Below, piece by piece: positions 11,901 through 21,889 of a DNA stretch of 64,000 nucleotides. The translations under genes and the position numbers were made by a program. Origin of the DNA: Flavobacteriales bacterium (GTDB taxonomy: Bacteria > Bacteroidota > Bacteroidia > Flavobacteriales_G > JALEGO01). How positions within the stretch are numbered: position 1 is the first letter of the stretch; each line of letters opens with the position of its first letter. Location of the stretch: the NCBI GenBank assembly GCA_020629755.1, contig JAHDCS010000005.1:729-64728 (forward strand), given 5' to 3'. The notes below the pieces were generated by a model. The model was not told where the DNA came from. It worked only from the letters and a program-made list of their open reading frames with translations, and searched no databases.

Positions 11901-12296
11901 CAAACCCATAGCTCTACCATCATCAGGATGATAGATACGCGCAATACCATAGGCCTGTAATGTTTTAATCTCTTCAGGCAAAATTGTTCCGCCTCCGCCA
12001 CCAAAAATTTTAATGTGTCCACAGCCTTTTTCTTGGAGCAGATCATACATATAGGTAAAAAACTCCATATGTCCGCCCTGATAAGACGTAATGGCAATCG
12101 CTTGTACATCTTCTTGAATGGCACAGTTTACAATTTCTGCCACAGATCTATCGTGCCCTAAATGGATGACTTCAGCACCAGTAGCCTGAATAATCCGTCG
12201 CATAATATTAATGGCTGCATCGTGACCGTCAAACAAAGAGGCTGCAGTGACAATTCTTATTTTATGTTTAGAACGATAGGGTTTAGCGTCTTGCAT
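8949..12296 (-). CDS. icmF: Fused isobutyryl-CoA mutase (B12-binding + MeaB-like GTPase + mutase)
   Basis: N-terminal FDGHD B12-binding motif, [10 protein letters not shown]-loop, LLGDRIRM, C-terminal mutase barrel; 1115 aa. Confidence 0.93.
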   Translation of the reverse strand: MQDAKPYRSKHKIRIVTAASLFDGHDAAINIMRRIIQATGAEVIHLGHDRSVAEIVNCAIQEDVQAIAITSYQGGHMEFFTYMYDLLQEKGCGHIKIFGGGGGTILPEEIKTLQAYGIARIYHPDDGRAMGLQGMINDLLEKCDFKTGEQTVSLKRIQAQDHIEIGRLISGAENAPEQHTSLFKEIRAVAQKSKTPVLGITGTGGAGKSSLVDELVRRFLNAFETKTIAIISVDPSKRKTGGALLGDRIRMNAIFSERVYMRSLATRQSNLALSKHIKDAVDVVKASGFDLVILETSGIGQSDTEITDHSDLSLYVMTPEYGAATQLEKIDMLDFADLIALNKFDKKGAQDALRDVRKQYQRNHTLFDTDLKEMPVFGTMASQFNDPGTNSLFSKLLKAIDEKCGTRFFDSKHQNISGQEKQFIIPPERVRYLSEISTAVRQYNKRAESQANLANDLFALEKTLALLDYKSEEVNQLKEKVLLDLDPKHKILIDQWPQKVRRYKDDVYAFKVRDKTIEIDTFTTSLSHNKIPKVCLPSYSAYGDILKWALQENVPGEFPFTAGVYPFKREGEDPTRMFAGEGAPERTNKRFHYVSKGLPAKRLSTAFDSVTLYGRDPHHRPDIYGKVGNAGVSICCLDDAKKLYSGFDLCDPKTSVSMTINGPAAIIMAFFLNTAIDQQCEKYIKENGLEKKVLKQIEDILPKNKRPKYNAQIPNGNDGLGLMLLGVTGDQVLEKEVYAKIKAETLTKVRGTIQADILKEDQAQNTCIFSTEFSLKLMGDVQQYFSDQNVRNFYSVSISGYHIAEAGANPISQLAFTLANGFTYVEYYLSRGMDINSFAPNLSFFFSNGIDPEYAVIGRVARRIWAKAMRDVYGANERSQKLKYHIQTSGRSLHAQEISFNDIRTTLQALYAIYDNCNSLHTNAYDEAITTPTEESVRRAMAIQLIINHELGLAKNQNPLQGSFIIEELTDLVEEAVLVEFDRITERGGVLGAMETMYQRGKIQEESHYYEMLKHTGELKIMGVNTFLSSEGSPTILPKEVIRATEEEKENQIKTVEALKSREKSLAKTSIDIVQQSAINNQNVFESLMEAVKSCSLGQITESLFEVGGQYRRNM

Positions 12297-12328
12297 AGCA
12301 GAATAAAAAAATCAATTTACAAAGAATT

Positions 12329-14266
12329 TTAGATCGGACGACCAATCTCTAGACCTATTTGGCGTTTAAATTCTTTGAGCTTGATTAGTTTACTAAAAAT
12401 TTCGTCTTGGGTTAAATCACTCTTTGAAAGATCTTTTAGTTTTTCTTCTAAAGCCTTAATCATTTTACTAACCCGAAAGCTCTTGTAGGCATACACAGCT
12501 TCAAAGCAGGCACGTTTGAGTTGCTTATCTTCAGTTTGCACCAAAATGTTTTTTCGCTCCCAGTCTGCCAAGGCATAAGGCAGGGTTGTAAGGTCAATCA
12601 CAATGTCTTTTGTCGCCGTATCGTCTTGATTGTAAAGCGCTCGCAAGGCGGCATCATGATCCTCTGCTTGCAGGTATTTTTGTGCAATTTTTGAAACAAG
12701 TTCATTTTCAAAATGCAACTCGTCTTTTAAGAGCTCACCACTTAAAAAGTCTTTTATTTTTTGGGGAGGATGTTCATCATCTACCACAAACTCTTGATCA
12801 CCATAATTGAGATACAGCCGCAATATATCAAGTTCATAAATATTCGGGCGATCTACATGATCAACCCCTAAATATCCTCTATTAACCCCTACATCGTCTT
12901 TAGGTGTATCTAATGGCAATACATCTATGGGCGGAATAAACCGTGCGTTTTTTTCGTGCTCGTATCTTTTTTTCCTTAACACTTTACTTAGCTCATTGAC
13001 AAGTAAAGATTCTGAGACATTAAGCACATTTGCACATTGCTGTATATAGAGTGTCCGCTTTATCTGATCATCTATTAAAGCAACAGAAGCAATAATACTA
13101 TGAATCAAAGACGCTTTTTCAATCGGATTGTTCTCTGCCTCGGCGCGCAAGAGCTCTGATTTAAATAAAATAAAATCTTTGGCCCCATTTTCAACAAATG
13201 CAAGTAATTCTTCAGATGATAGTTTTTTAGCCATCGAATCTGGATCATCCCCTTCAGGAAACAATACCACCTTTACATTCATCCCCCCAGAAAGCAAAAG
13301 ATCAATCCCTCTAAATGACGCTTTAATTCCGGCCACATCGCCATCGTATAAGACCGTGACATTAGACGTGAAACGCTTCATTAGTTTAATCTGACCATCT
13401 GTAAGCGATGTGCCTGATGAAGCCACTACATTTTCAATGCCTGCCTGATGAAAGGCGATCACATCGGTATACCCTTCAACCAGATAACAATTGTCTTTTT
13501 GAGCAATGGCACGTTTTGATTCAAAGAGCCCATACAAAACCTTATTCTTCACATAAAGAGCCGTTTCTGGGCTGTTGACATACTTAGGCGCTTTGGTGTT
13601 TTCTTCTAAAATACGGCCACCAAAACCAATACAGGCTCCTGACAAAGAGCGAATCGGAAAAATCAGCCGCCCTCTATATCCATCATATAATTTATCATTC
13701 TTTTCTTTACTTAGGCCAAGCTTTAAAAGAAACTCTTTTTGATAGCCTTTGCTGATGGCCGCTGAAGTAAAGGCATCCCATGCCTTTGGATTATAGCCAA
13801 TCAGAAACTTCTCAATGCTTTGTGTATTAAACTGCCTTGTTTGCAAATAACTGAGTGCTTGCTCTTGCCCTTCAGTGCTTTTGAGCTGTTTAGCGAAATA
13901 CTCTAGGGCATATTTTTGAATGATCTGCAAGCTCTCTTTCTCTGAAGCCGCTTTAATTTCTTCTTCGCTGAGCTTTCGCTCTTCTATTTCTATACCGTAT
14001 TTAGAAGCAATTTTTTTGAGTGCTTCAACATAAGACAAATGCTCATGTTTCATTACAAAATCAACCGCATTGCCCCCTTCGCCACAGCCAAAACATTTAT
14101 AGATACCCTTGGTTGCTGACACGCTAAACGAAGGTGTTTTTTCATTATGAAACGGGCAACAAGCTTTAAAATCAGCGCCTCGTTTTTTTAAGCTGACATA
14201 ATCGCCAACGACCTCTTCAATGCGAAGGGTTTCATATATTTCACTTACCGTCTCTTTAGGGATCAT
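12329..14266 (-). CDS. dnaG: DNA primase
   Basis: CPFHNEKTPSF zinc finger, KYVNSPET, VEGYTDVI TOPRIM; start placed at MIPKE (14266) because a TAnnTTTG box lies at 14278-14285. Confidence 0.97.
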   Translation of the reverse strand: MIPKETVSEIYETLRIEEVVGDYVSLKKRGADFKACCPFHNEKTPSFSVSATKGIYKCFGCGEGGNAVDFVMKHEHLSYVEALKKIASKYGIEIEERKLSEEEIKAASEKESLQIIQKYALEYFAKQLKSTEGQEQALSYLQTRQFNTQSIEKFLIGYNPKAWDAFTSAAISKGYQKEFLLKLGLSKEKNDKLYDGYRGRLIFPIRSLSGACIGFGGRILEENTKAPKYVNSPETALYVKNKVLYGLFESKRAIAQKDNCYLVEGYTDVIAFHQAGIENVVASSGTSLTDGQIKLMKRFTSNVTVLYDGDVAGIKASFRGIDLLLSGGMNVKVVLFPEGDDPDSMAKKLSSEELLAFVENGAKDFILFKSELLRAEAENNPIEKASLIHSIIASVALIDDQIKRTLYIQQCANVLNVSESLLVNELSKVLRKKRYEHEKNARFIPPIDVLPLDTPKDDVGVNRGYLGVDHVDRPNIYELDILRLYLNYGDQEFVVDDEHPPQKIKDFLSGELLKDELHFENELVSKIAQKYLQAEDHDAALRALYNQDDTATKDIVIDLTTLPYALADWERKNILVQTEDKQLKRACFEAVYAYKSFRVSKMIKALEEKLKDLSKSDLTQDEIFSKLIKLKEFKRQIGLEIGRPI

Positions 14267-14312
14267 CTTTGAGAAAACAAAGATACGCACTTTGTTTGTA
14301 TATTGTAAAAGA

Positions 14313-15278
14313 ATGGATATGCTCTCTTATTTGTCATCCCCCCAAGTACTTTGTGCTTTAAGCCTCTTAACCGGCTTATTTTTTCTCTTTAATATCTGGA
14401 TGAGCATACGCACAAAAAAACAAAATCAGACCCTTATTAAAACCCTTGAAGAAAAAAACAAAGAAATCGCGTCTCAAAAAGCGATGGTCGAAGAAAAAAA
14501 TAGAGCTATTTTATCTAGCATTGAATATGCAAAAAACATTCAAGAAGCCATTCTTACTTCTGAAAGCTACTTAAAGTCAATCATAGATGACTTTTTTATT
14601 TTTTACAAGCCTAGAGACATTATTGGAGGAGATTTTTATTGGGGATATAAAACCCAAGAAAACGACATTATTATTGCCGTGGCAGACTGTACAGGCCATG
14701 GCGTTCCGGGTGCTTTGATGAGCATGATTGGTAATGCACTTTTAAATGAAATTGTGATTGAGAATGGCATTACCTCTCCTGCATTAATTGCAGAACAACT
14801 CCGCGCCGGGATTATCAATTCATTTAAACATTCTGATGTAGAAGAAAAAAACACCACCCACGATGGCATGGATATTTCGCTTATAAAACTCAATTTAAGC
14901 ACAAGGCTTTTATCGTATACCGCAGCCAATCAACCCTTATATGTCATTTCAAATAATACAATCATTAAAACCAAGGTGAATGATTTTTCAATCTCAAGTT
15001 TAAATCTTGAGCTTAAACATTTTGAGGAGCATGAAGTACAACTTAAAAAAAGCGATTGTATTTTCTTATCTACCGATGGTTTTCAAGATCAATTCGGCGG
15101 CGAAAAAGGCAAAAAATTTAAACTAGAACCTTTTCGAAAGCTTCTTCTCAAGTTATCTAAACTTAACTCTGAAGAGCAAAAACGAACACTTGATACAACC
15201 CTTAAAAATTGGGTATCTTCTCAAACACCACAACATCCCCAAATTGATGACATCTGCATCTTAGGGATTCGGGTTTAA
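14313..15278 (+). CDS. SpoIIE/PP2C-type Ser/Thr phosphatase with one N-terminal TM helix and coiled coil
   Basis: SIEYAKNIQEAIL, GGDFY, VADCTGHGVPGA, DGMD, TDGFQDQFGG, QIDDI motifs; start at MDMLS preferred over the track start that overlaps dnaG. Confidence 0.9.
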   Translation: MDMLSYLSSPQVLCALSLLTGLFFLFNIWMSIRTKKQNQTLIKTLEEKNKEIASQKAMVEEKNRAILSSIEYAKNIQEAILTSESYLKSIIDDFFIFYKPRDIIGGDFYWGYKTQENDIIIAVADCTGHGVPGALMSMIGNALLNEIVIENGITSPALIAEQLRAGIINSFKHSDVEEKNTTHDGMDISLIKLNLSTRLLSYTAANQPLYVISNNTIIKTKVNDFSISSLNLELKHFEEHEVQLKKSDCIFLSTDGFQDQFGGEKGKKFKLEPFRKLLLKLSKLNSEEQKRTLDTTLKNWVSSQTPQHPQIDDICILGIRV

Positions 15279-15293
15279 AAAGCACTTAGCGCA

Positions 15294-15719
15294 TTAATTA
15301 AAAATCCGAAGGGTATTGCCATCAAAACTGGTCCGGTATCTATGAAGCGGCACTTGCGCTGGTCCTTCAAAGACAGAGCCATCTGTGATTAAAAACTGTG
15401 AACCACAACAATAATCTTCTAATAATAAATTGGCATTTACATCAATTACACCGCATGGATTAGATACTTCATAGGTGCAGTGCCTATCAAAAGCCATAAA
15501 ATTATCCTGGTCTAAACGATACACAATAATCCCTCTTGATCCGCCATTCAAATACACTGATCCACCCGGAAAATTTAAATCTATAAACAAGGGATCAGAC
15601 GTAAAAAGCATCACATCAACTGGCGTAAACGGAATAACGGTTTGCTGATCAATATTCGGATTACATCCCCCCAAAAAAAGACCTAAACATATAGAAACTA
15701 TAAAGGCTTTATTCTTCAT
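15294..15719 (-). CDS. Rieske-like lipoprotein
   Basis: Lipobox LGGC; AFDRHCTY...CCGSQF...DGSVFEGPA..PL..Y Rieske-like pattern. Confidence 0.75.
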   Translation of the reverse strand: MKNKAFIVSICLGLFLGGCNPNIDQQTVIPFTPVDVMLFTSDPLFIDLNFPGGSVYLNGGSRGIIVYRLDQDNFMAFDRHCTYEVSNPCGVIDVNANLLLEDYCCGSQFLITDGSVFEGPAQVPLHRYRTSFDGNTLRIFN

Positions 15720-18318
15720 TAGAAAACATTAATTGTACATCATCTTGTGAAAGTGATGATTTGATTTGAGTAATAAGTTGTTTAACATAACTGTTGGTCG
15801 ACTCGAGTTCTTCCTGATTTTGCTCGGCCTTCTTCTCTATGCCTAAAATAGCATCTAAGGCCTGCATTCTAACAGATTCTGATGTACTTGTATTGGTTAC
15901 AAGATCAGCTAAAAAATCAAGCTTTACGGCTGAGCCAACCTGAGAAATAAGCGCTGGCTTTTTCAAATAATCTTCTGTTAAAATGACTGCTGTTGTTTTC
16001 TCGTATTTTGAGGCCGAAGAAATATAGTTTTTAAAATACTCTAATTTGCCTTCTGGCGCATTGTCAGCGAAAACACGAGCGACCTGATACCGCACATTTG
16101 GATTGTCTTCGCCCTGCATTTGATTGGCAAAATCTGTTGATTTAGACTCATCTAATTTGTGAATTTGCCCAAGAGCTGTCGCCATGACCAAATAAGAACT
16201 ATCTGAGGTAAGAGGTTCAAAAAAACTAAGATCAGCTCCTGTAAAACTTTGATTAGACCCCATCCATCTGATCGCTTTAGCTCTTACCTTAGAATTTGGA
16301 TCTGATAGTAATGTCTTAATCTGAGAGGTAAAACTGACCTGACTAGACGAATCCAATGTAGAAACCAAATCCATGCCCAGTAAACGTAAGGCCCAAAAAT
16401 CTTCTTTAAGAATATTTGGAATCAGCCCAACAAAAGCCAAAGAATCTTCATTTTTTGCTCTATACGCACCAATAATTGAATGCTGCTTAGGTAAAAATGT
16501 TTTTGAATGCTTGTAATTCTCGATCCAGGCCTCAAGTGACTTATTTTCTTGAACTACACCCACTAAAGACTTTTCAGTGTCAAAGTCCGTAAAAATTGGT
16601 GGCTCAGACATAGCAAAAGAAAATGTATCTAACCCTTGGGTTAAGGTAATATCTTGATTTTGAATACCTGCTTTGGTGTGGATGTTTAATTTTACGGGAA
16701 TTCTGTAAAGAAATTCGCCCTGACTTTCTGCTAACGAATACCTTTGTTCAGTGAAAATGGTATAGGTTTGTTTAGTGCTGTCATACTGATACTCTACCCC
16801 TACCATTGGATGCCCCGCCTTTAAAAACCACTGATCAAAAAACCAATTTAAATCTTCTCCACTTACCTCTTCAAAAGCCATACGCAGATCATGTACCTCA
16901 GCCGTATTGTATGCTTTGTTTTTCAAATATAGGTTTAGAGCAGTAAAAAAAGCTTTATCGCCAATGTAGCCTCTTAGCATATGTAAAATACATCCTCCTT
17001 TCTCATAAGAGTGGTTATCAAACATATCTTCTTTATCGCCATAATAGTAACGAATAAGTGGTTCTTGCTTGGTTTGACTCTCTTCAAAATAATCTCTTAA
17101 ATCACTATCAAACTTATAATCGGCTGCATCTTGCCCATACTTATATTGCTCCCAGAGATACTCGCCATAGGTAGCGAAAGACTCATTCAAAGGCAAATTT
17201 GCCCATGACTCACAAGTCACGTAATCGCCAAACCAATGGTGAAAAAGTTCATGCGCCACTATAAATTCATAATTCCTATCAATCATTTCGCGTTTGGTTT
17301 GCTGAATGAAATCGCCATGAATAACAGCCGTAGTATTTTCCATAGCACCCGATACAAAATCACGCACAAAAATCTGACTATATTTTTGCCATGGGTATTC
17401 TAAACCAAGCAGATCAGAATAAAACGTAAGCATCTCAGGGGTATTGCCAAAAATAGCCATCGCATCGTCTTTGTATGCTGGTTCTACGTAATAATCAACC
17501 AGCATGGCGCTGCCGTCTTTTTTCTGCCAACTGTCTTTTTCAACGTAATACTCTCCAACGGCGATCATAACCAAATAAGGCACATGTTTTAAGTCTTGCT
17601 TCCAGACATCGGTTCTGGTCCCGTCTGTGTTTTTTGAAGAACGTATCAGAAGCCCATTTGAAAGCGTTTGATACTTATCTTCAACAGTAATGCTTATTTG
17701 CTGTGTCATCTTTTGGTTAGGGGCATCGATAGTCGGAAACCACTTTGAACTGGCCTGCGTTTCGCCTTGTGTCCAAATTTGTGAAGGTTTTTCAGGGTCT
17801 TCATCTAAAGGGTCAATAAAATACAAGCCTTTATCTTCTGAAATGGCATCACTTCCGCCTACTTTTAACTCATTTGGTTTAGCTGTATAATCTATATAAA
17901 TCGTTAAAGTTTCGTCTTTTTGATAGGTTTTATCAAGGGTGATATGCAATTGTAAAGAGTCGTAGTTATAGACTAGAGATGCTCCATTTTGGTCACGCAG
18001 ACTTACCTTATGAACATCAAAGCCTACCGCATCAATGATAAGAGTCTTTTGCGCATAAAAATGCGGGTGCATACTAATTTGAGCCTTTCCTAAAACATAT
18101 TGCTTTTTCCAGTCAAACTTGACCTCTAAATTCATATGCTCAAGCTGCCACAATTTTTTTTCGGAGGGATGATAGATGGGCTTTTTTTCAGGGCTTACCT
18201 GAATTTGTTCTAGATACTGGTTTAAGGTTTCTTCAGGTATAGTGGTAGTGACTTGTTTTTTAGATTTACATCCAACAATAAAAAATAAAGCAAGGCAGAC
18301 TAAAAATAGATTTTTCAT
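15709..18318 (-). CDS. M1-family aminopeptidase N lipoprotein with C-terminal HEAT repeats
   Basis: GAMEN and HELFHHWFG...NESFA (HExxH-18x-E); lipobox IVGC; promoter box 18323-18330 supports MKNLF start. Confidence 0.93.
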   Translation of the reverse strand: MKNLFLVCLALFFIVGCKSKKQVTTTIPEETLNQYLEQIQVSPEKKPIYHPSEKKLWQLEHMNLEVKFDWKKQYVLGKAQISMHPHFYAQKTLIIDAVGFDVHKVSLRDQNGASLVYNYDSLQLHITLDKTYQKDETLTIYIDYTAKPNELKVGGSDAISEDKGLYFIDPLDEDPEKPSQIWTQGETQASSKWFPTIDAPNQKMTQQISITVEDKYQTLSNGLLIRSSKNTDGTRTDVWKQDLKHVPYLVMIAVGEYYVEKDSWQKKDGSAMLVDYYVEPAYKDDAMAIFGNTPEMLTFYSDLLGLEYPWQKYSQIFVRDFVSGAMENTTAVIHGDFIQQTKREMIDRNYEFIVAHELFHHWFGDYVTCESWANLPLNESFATYGEYLWEQYKYGQDAADYKFDSDLRDYFEESQTKQEPLIRYYYGDKEDMFDNHSYEKGGCILHMLRGYIGDKAFFTALNLYLKNKAYNTAEVHDLRMAFEEVSGEDLNWFFDQWFLKAGHPMVGVEYQYDSTKQTYTIFTEQRYSLAESQGEFLYRIPVKLNIHTKAGIQNQDITLTQGLDTFSFAMSEPPIFTDFDTEKSLVGVVQENKSLEAWIENYKHSKTFLPKQHSIIGAYRAKNEDSLAFVGLIPNILKEDFWALRLLGMDLVSTLDSSSQVSFTSQIKTLLSDPNSKVRAKAIRWMGSNQSFTGADLSFFEPLTSDSSYLVMATALGQIHKLDESKSTDFANQMQGEDNPNVRYQVARVFADNAPEGKLEYFKNYISSASKYEKTTAVILTEDYLKKPALISQVGSAVKLDFLADLVTNTSTSESVRMQALDAILGIEKKAEQNQEELESTNSYVKQLITQIKSSLSQDDVQLMFSNEE

Positions 18319-18357
18319 TCTGCAAAGATAATGGGTTGGGCGCAGAAGGCCTGACAT

Positions 18358-20463
18358 TTAGCCGATCATCTGAAAATCGACTTGCTTTTTGTAGAGGTCA
18401 ATGTCTTTGATTTTAATTTTAACCTCATCGCCCAGACGGTATGTTTTTTTAGTACGCTTGCCTACTGCACTATACTTTTTCTGATCAAAGACGTAATGAT
18501 CGCCTTCTAAATCTCTTAAACGCACCATTCCTTCGCATTTATTTTCTTTGATCTCTACGTAAATGCCCCATTCGGTTATCCCGCTGATTACCCCATCAAA
18601 AATTTGGCCAACGCGTTCTTCTAAATACAATACCTGCATGTAACGTATAGAGGCTCTTTCTGCTTCACTGGCTAGCCGCTCGCGGTCAGATGAATGGGTG
18701 CATAAATGCTCTAGATCATCAGGCTTCATGCCTTTTTCTTTATTGAGATATTGCTCTAACAAACGATGCACAAGCACATCGGGGTACCGGCGAATCGGAG
18801 AGGTAAAATGCGTATAATAATCAAAGGCCAAGCCGTAGTGCCCAATGTTTTCTGTGGTGTATACCGCTTTTGCCATAGAGCGCACTGCTAAAGTCTCAAT
18901 CATATTTGCCTCTCCCTTGCCTTTGACTTGTGCCAGTAATTTATTCATTGATCTGGCTATTTCTTTAGGAGCCTTACCCCCAAATGAATACCCAAAGGTT
19001 TTCACAAAACTACTCAGTTCATTCACACGTTCTTCAGAAGGCGTATCATGAATTCTATAGACAAAAGGTTTGGGGCGATTTTCGCCTTTAGGCATACCGA
19101 TGAACTCAGCGACCTTTTTATTGGCCAACAACATAAATTCTTCGATCAGTTTATGGGCATCTAAAGAACGCTTAAATACTACTTCTGAAGGACGGTCTCC
19201 TTCTAATTTAAAGCGCACCTCTTCTCTATCAAATGAAATAGCGCCATGTTGCATGCGTTTTTTCCGAATAGCCTTTGCTATTTTATCTACAATACCAATC
19301 TCTTTTGCGTAATCTCCTTTTTGTGTCTGAATGATCTCTTGCGCCTCTTCGTAGGTATATCTACGTCTAGAATGAATAATACTCTTGCCCAGCCATTGTT
19401 TTTTAATAGTGCCATTAATATCAAGTGTAAACACGGCTGAAAACACCAGTTTGTCTTCATTTGGGCGCAATGAACACACCACATTAGAAAGCACTTCAGG
19501 CAACATCGGAATCACTCTGTCTACCAAATAAATAGATGTTGCTCTCTCAACTGCTTCTTTATCAATCAGTGAACCGGGCTTTACGTAGTGCGTCACATCA
19601 GCAATGTGCACGCCAATTTCATATAACTCATTCTCTAAAGCTTTAAAAGAAATCGCGTCATCAAAATCTTTCGCATCAAACGGATCAATGGTAAAGGTGA
19701 GTGTATCTCTAAAGTCTCTCCGCCTTTTTATTTCTTGGGGGGATATGTCAAGTGGAATTTTAGCGGCTTCTTTTTCTAAGCGTTCAGGAAACCCTCTAGG
19801 CAAGCCAAATTCGGCAAGTATGGCATGAATCTCTGTGTTTTTTTCTCCGGCCTTTCCAATGACTTCAATAACTTTTCCTTCTGGAGATTCGTCTTTTTTC
19901 CGAGGCCATTTGACAATTTCAACACCTACTTTCTCGCCTGATTTAGCTCCGTTTATTTTTTTTAGGGGGATGAAAATATCTTGTCCAAATTTAAAATCGT
20001 CTGGGATAACAAATGCGAAGTTTTTTGAAAGTTGAATTAGCCCGGTAAAATAACTCTTATGACGTTCTAACACTTCGAGTACTTCGCCTTCAGGCTTTTG
20101 ATCTGAAAACTGAGAAGTGACACGAACTCTAACTTGATCTCCATTATAGGCTCCTGCCAAATACCTTTGGGGAATAAACACATCATTTTCCATAGCCTCA
20201 CTCACTACAAATCCGGCACCTGATTTTATGGTTTCAATTTTTCCTTCAATGATGAATTCTTGTTTTTTATAGCGGTATCGGCCTCGATCAACAAATTCTA
20301 TTTTTCCCTTAAAAGCTAAATCATCTAAAATTTTCAAAAGCTGTTTTCTAGATGCTTTGTCTTTTAGACCTAGATGACTTGCAATTTGCTTATGGTTTAA
20401 AGGTCTCTTTTCAGCAGAGAGCAGTGCAAGAATTTCTTGAATAAAAAAAGAGATAGATTTCAA
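18358..20463 (-). CDS. rnr: Ribonuclease R
   Basis: TIDPFDAKDFDDA, HFTSPIRRYPD, C-terminal S1 domain; TTG start. Confidence 0.97.
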   Translation of the reverse strand: MKSISFFIQEILALLSAEKRPLNHKQIASHLGLKDKASRKQLLKILDDLAFKGKIEFVDRGRYRYKKQEFIIEGKIETIKSGAGFVVSEAMENDVFIPQRYLAGAYNGDQVRVRVTSQFSDQKPEGEVLEVLERHKSYFTGLIQLSKNFAFVIPDDFKFGQDIFIPLKKINGAKSGEKVGVEIVKWPRKKDESPEGKVIEVIGKAGEKNTEIHAILAEFGLPRGFPERLEKEAAKIPLDISPQEIKRRRDFRDTLTFTIDPFDAKDFDDAISFKALENELYEIGVHIADVTHYVKPGSLIDKEAVERATSIYLVDRVIPMLPEVLSNVVCSLRPNEDKLVFSAVFTLDINGTIKKQWLGKSIIHSRRRYTYEEAQEIIQTQKGDYAKEIGIVDKIAKAIRKKRMQHGAISFDREEVRFKLEGDRPSEVVFKRSLDAHKLIEEFMLLANKKVAEFIGMPKGENRPKPFVYRIHDTPSEERVNELSSFVKTFGYSFGGKAPKEIARSMNKLLAQVKGKGEANMIETLAVRSMAKAVYTTENIGHYGLAFDYYTHFTSPIRRYPDVLVHRLLEQYLNKEKGMKPDDLEHLCTHSSDRERLASEAERASIRYMQVLYLEERVGQIFDGVISGITEWGIYVEIKENKCEGMVRLRDLEGDHYVFDQKKYSAVGKRTKKTYRLGDEVKIKIKDIDLYKKQVDFQMIG

Positions 20464-20593
20464 TCTTGGATAGTGTTACAACGAATATAGGCATTTTGAT
20501 TGCCATCCCCCCAAGTAAACCCAAAAATTAACAGGAACCGGCAATTGGCTTCAAAGAAATAGATGAGGATTTACACCATCAAATTACAAGCTA

Positions 20594-20989
20594 TTAAAGC
20601 GGATAAATCGTGATTTCTTGCTCCGTTACTTCTCCTTTCTGAAATTCAACAAAAGCACTGCCTTTTAAGGAATCTGTAACTACTACAGAATCTACAGTAA
20701 GCGTTCTAAGGTGTACAATTTCTGCTTTTAACACACTTGGCAGAGGCACTTCAAACTCTACAATGCCATCAGCAGACGTTACGCCCTCTTGCTCAAGCCC
20801 TTCTTTACATTCTTGAGTATTTGAATCGTCCATCGCAGGCACACATGTTAAACTCACTTTTGCCCCCGAAACTAAGACCTGGTTTTCGTCTTTTACGGTA
20901 ATAACAGCACGTGGTGGTTCTGGATCTTTGCAAGCAAATACCCCAAGAACTACGAATAAAACAGATAAAATAATATGATTTTTTTTCAT
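20594..20989 (-). CDS. Hypothetical lipoprotein (carboxypeptidase-regulatory-like beta-sandwich)
   Basis: Lipobox VFAC; V.DEN...V.GA.V.L...G.T.ADG pattern. Confidence 0.65.
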   Translation of the reverse strand: MKKNHIILSVLFVVLGVFACKDPEPPRAVITVKDENQVLVSGAKVSLTCVPAMDDSNTQECKEGLEQEGVTSADGIVEFEVPLPSVLKAEIVHLRTLTVDSVVVTDSLKGSAFVEFQKGEVTEQEITIYPL

Positions 20990-21048
20990 TATTGTAAAAT
21001 AAAGCGTTAACAAAATTGTAGCTTTGCTACTCTACAAATTTAGAAAAA

Positions 21049-21873
21049 ATGCGCCAGTTTAAATTCTTTCTTCTACTATTTTGCTTTTTTTATGCTCCTT
21101 ACTCAAGTTTTTCACAAACACACAAGGTTAAAATCTCAACCGAATATGGGGATATGGTTGCTGTTTTATACGATCAAACGCCAAAACATAGAGATAATTT
21201 TTTAAAGCTTACCAAAGAAGGCTTTTACAATGGCACACTCTTTCACCGCGTAATCAAGAACTTTATGATTCAAGGTGGCGATCCTAAATCTAAAAACGCA
21301 ACGCCACAGGCACAGTTGGGCAACGGAGGTGTAGATTACACTTTACCTGCCGAGATTAAACCTCACTTATATCATAAAAAAGGCGCACTTTCTGCAGCTC
21401 GATTAGGCGACAATGTAAATCCGAATAAAGAAAGTTCAGGCTGTCAGTTTTATGTTGTTCAAGGGCAAAAAATATCTGATGAACAAATAAATAGAATCAA
21501 GCAAAATCAACACCAAACCAATTTAGGAATGGCTTATAGAATGCTTCTGAGCGATCCAGAAAATAAAAAGTTGTTAGAACGACAAAATGAATTAAAAAAA
21601 CAAAACGACACCAAAGGCATGCAAGATTTCTTGAAAGAAGTTGAACCTCAACTTAAAAAAATAGCAGAAAAATTACCTATTCAAACTTTTTCTGACCAAC
21701 AGGTAATAGATTACAAAACCACCGGAGGAACGCCCCATTTAGATGGCGGATACACTGTTTTTGGCCAAGTGATAGAAGGCTTAGAAGTAATTGACAAAAT
21801 CGCTGGTGTAGAAACCTCTAAAACAGATCGTCCTTTATCTGATGTAAAAATGACCATCAGTATTATAGAATAA
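21049..21873 (+). CDS. Cyclophilin-type peptidyl-prolyl isomerase with helical insertion
   Basis: FHRVIKNFMIQGGDP, HKKGALSAAR, HLDGGYTVFGQV; signal peptide. Confidence 0.95.
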   Translation: MRQFKFFLLLFCFFYAPYSSFSQTHKVKISTEYGDMVAVLYDQTPKHRDNFLKLTKEGFYNGTLFHRVIKNFMIQGGDPKSKNATPQAQLGNGGVDYTLPAEIKPHLYHKKGALSAARLGDNVNPNKESSGCQFYVVQGQKISDEQINRIKQNQHQTNLGMAYRMLLSDPENKKLLERQNELKKQNDTKGMQDFLKEVEPQLKKIAEKLPIQTFSDQQVIDYKTTGGTPHLDGGYTVFGQVIEGLEVIDKIAGVETSKTDRPLSDVKMTISIIE

Positions 21874-21889
21874 ATTAAACACCTAATTT

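Noticed and set aside
14220-14312. Apparent overlap of the dnaG and phosphatase ORFs
   Set aside because: Artefact of longest-ORF starts; internal ATGs at 14266 and 14313 remove it and fit the promoter box
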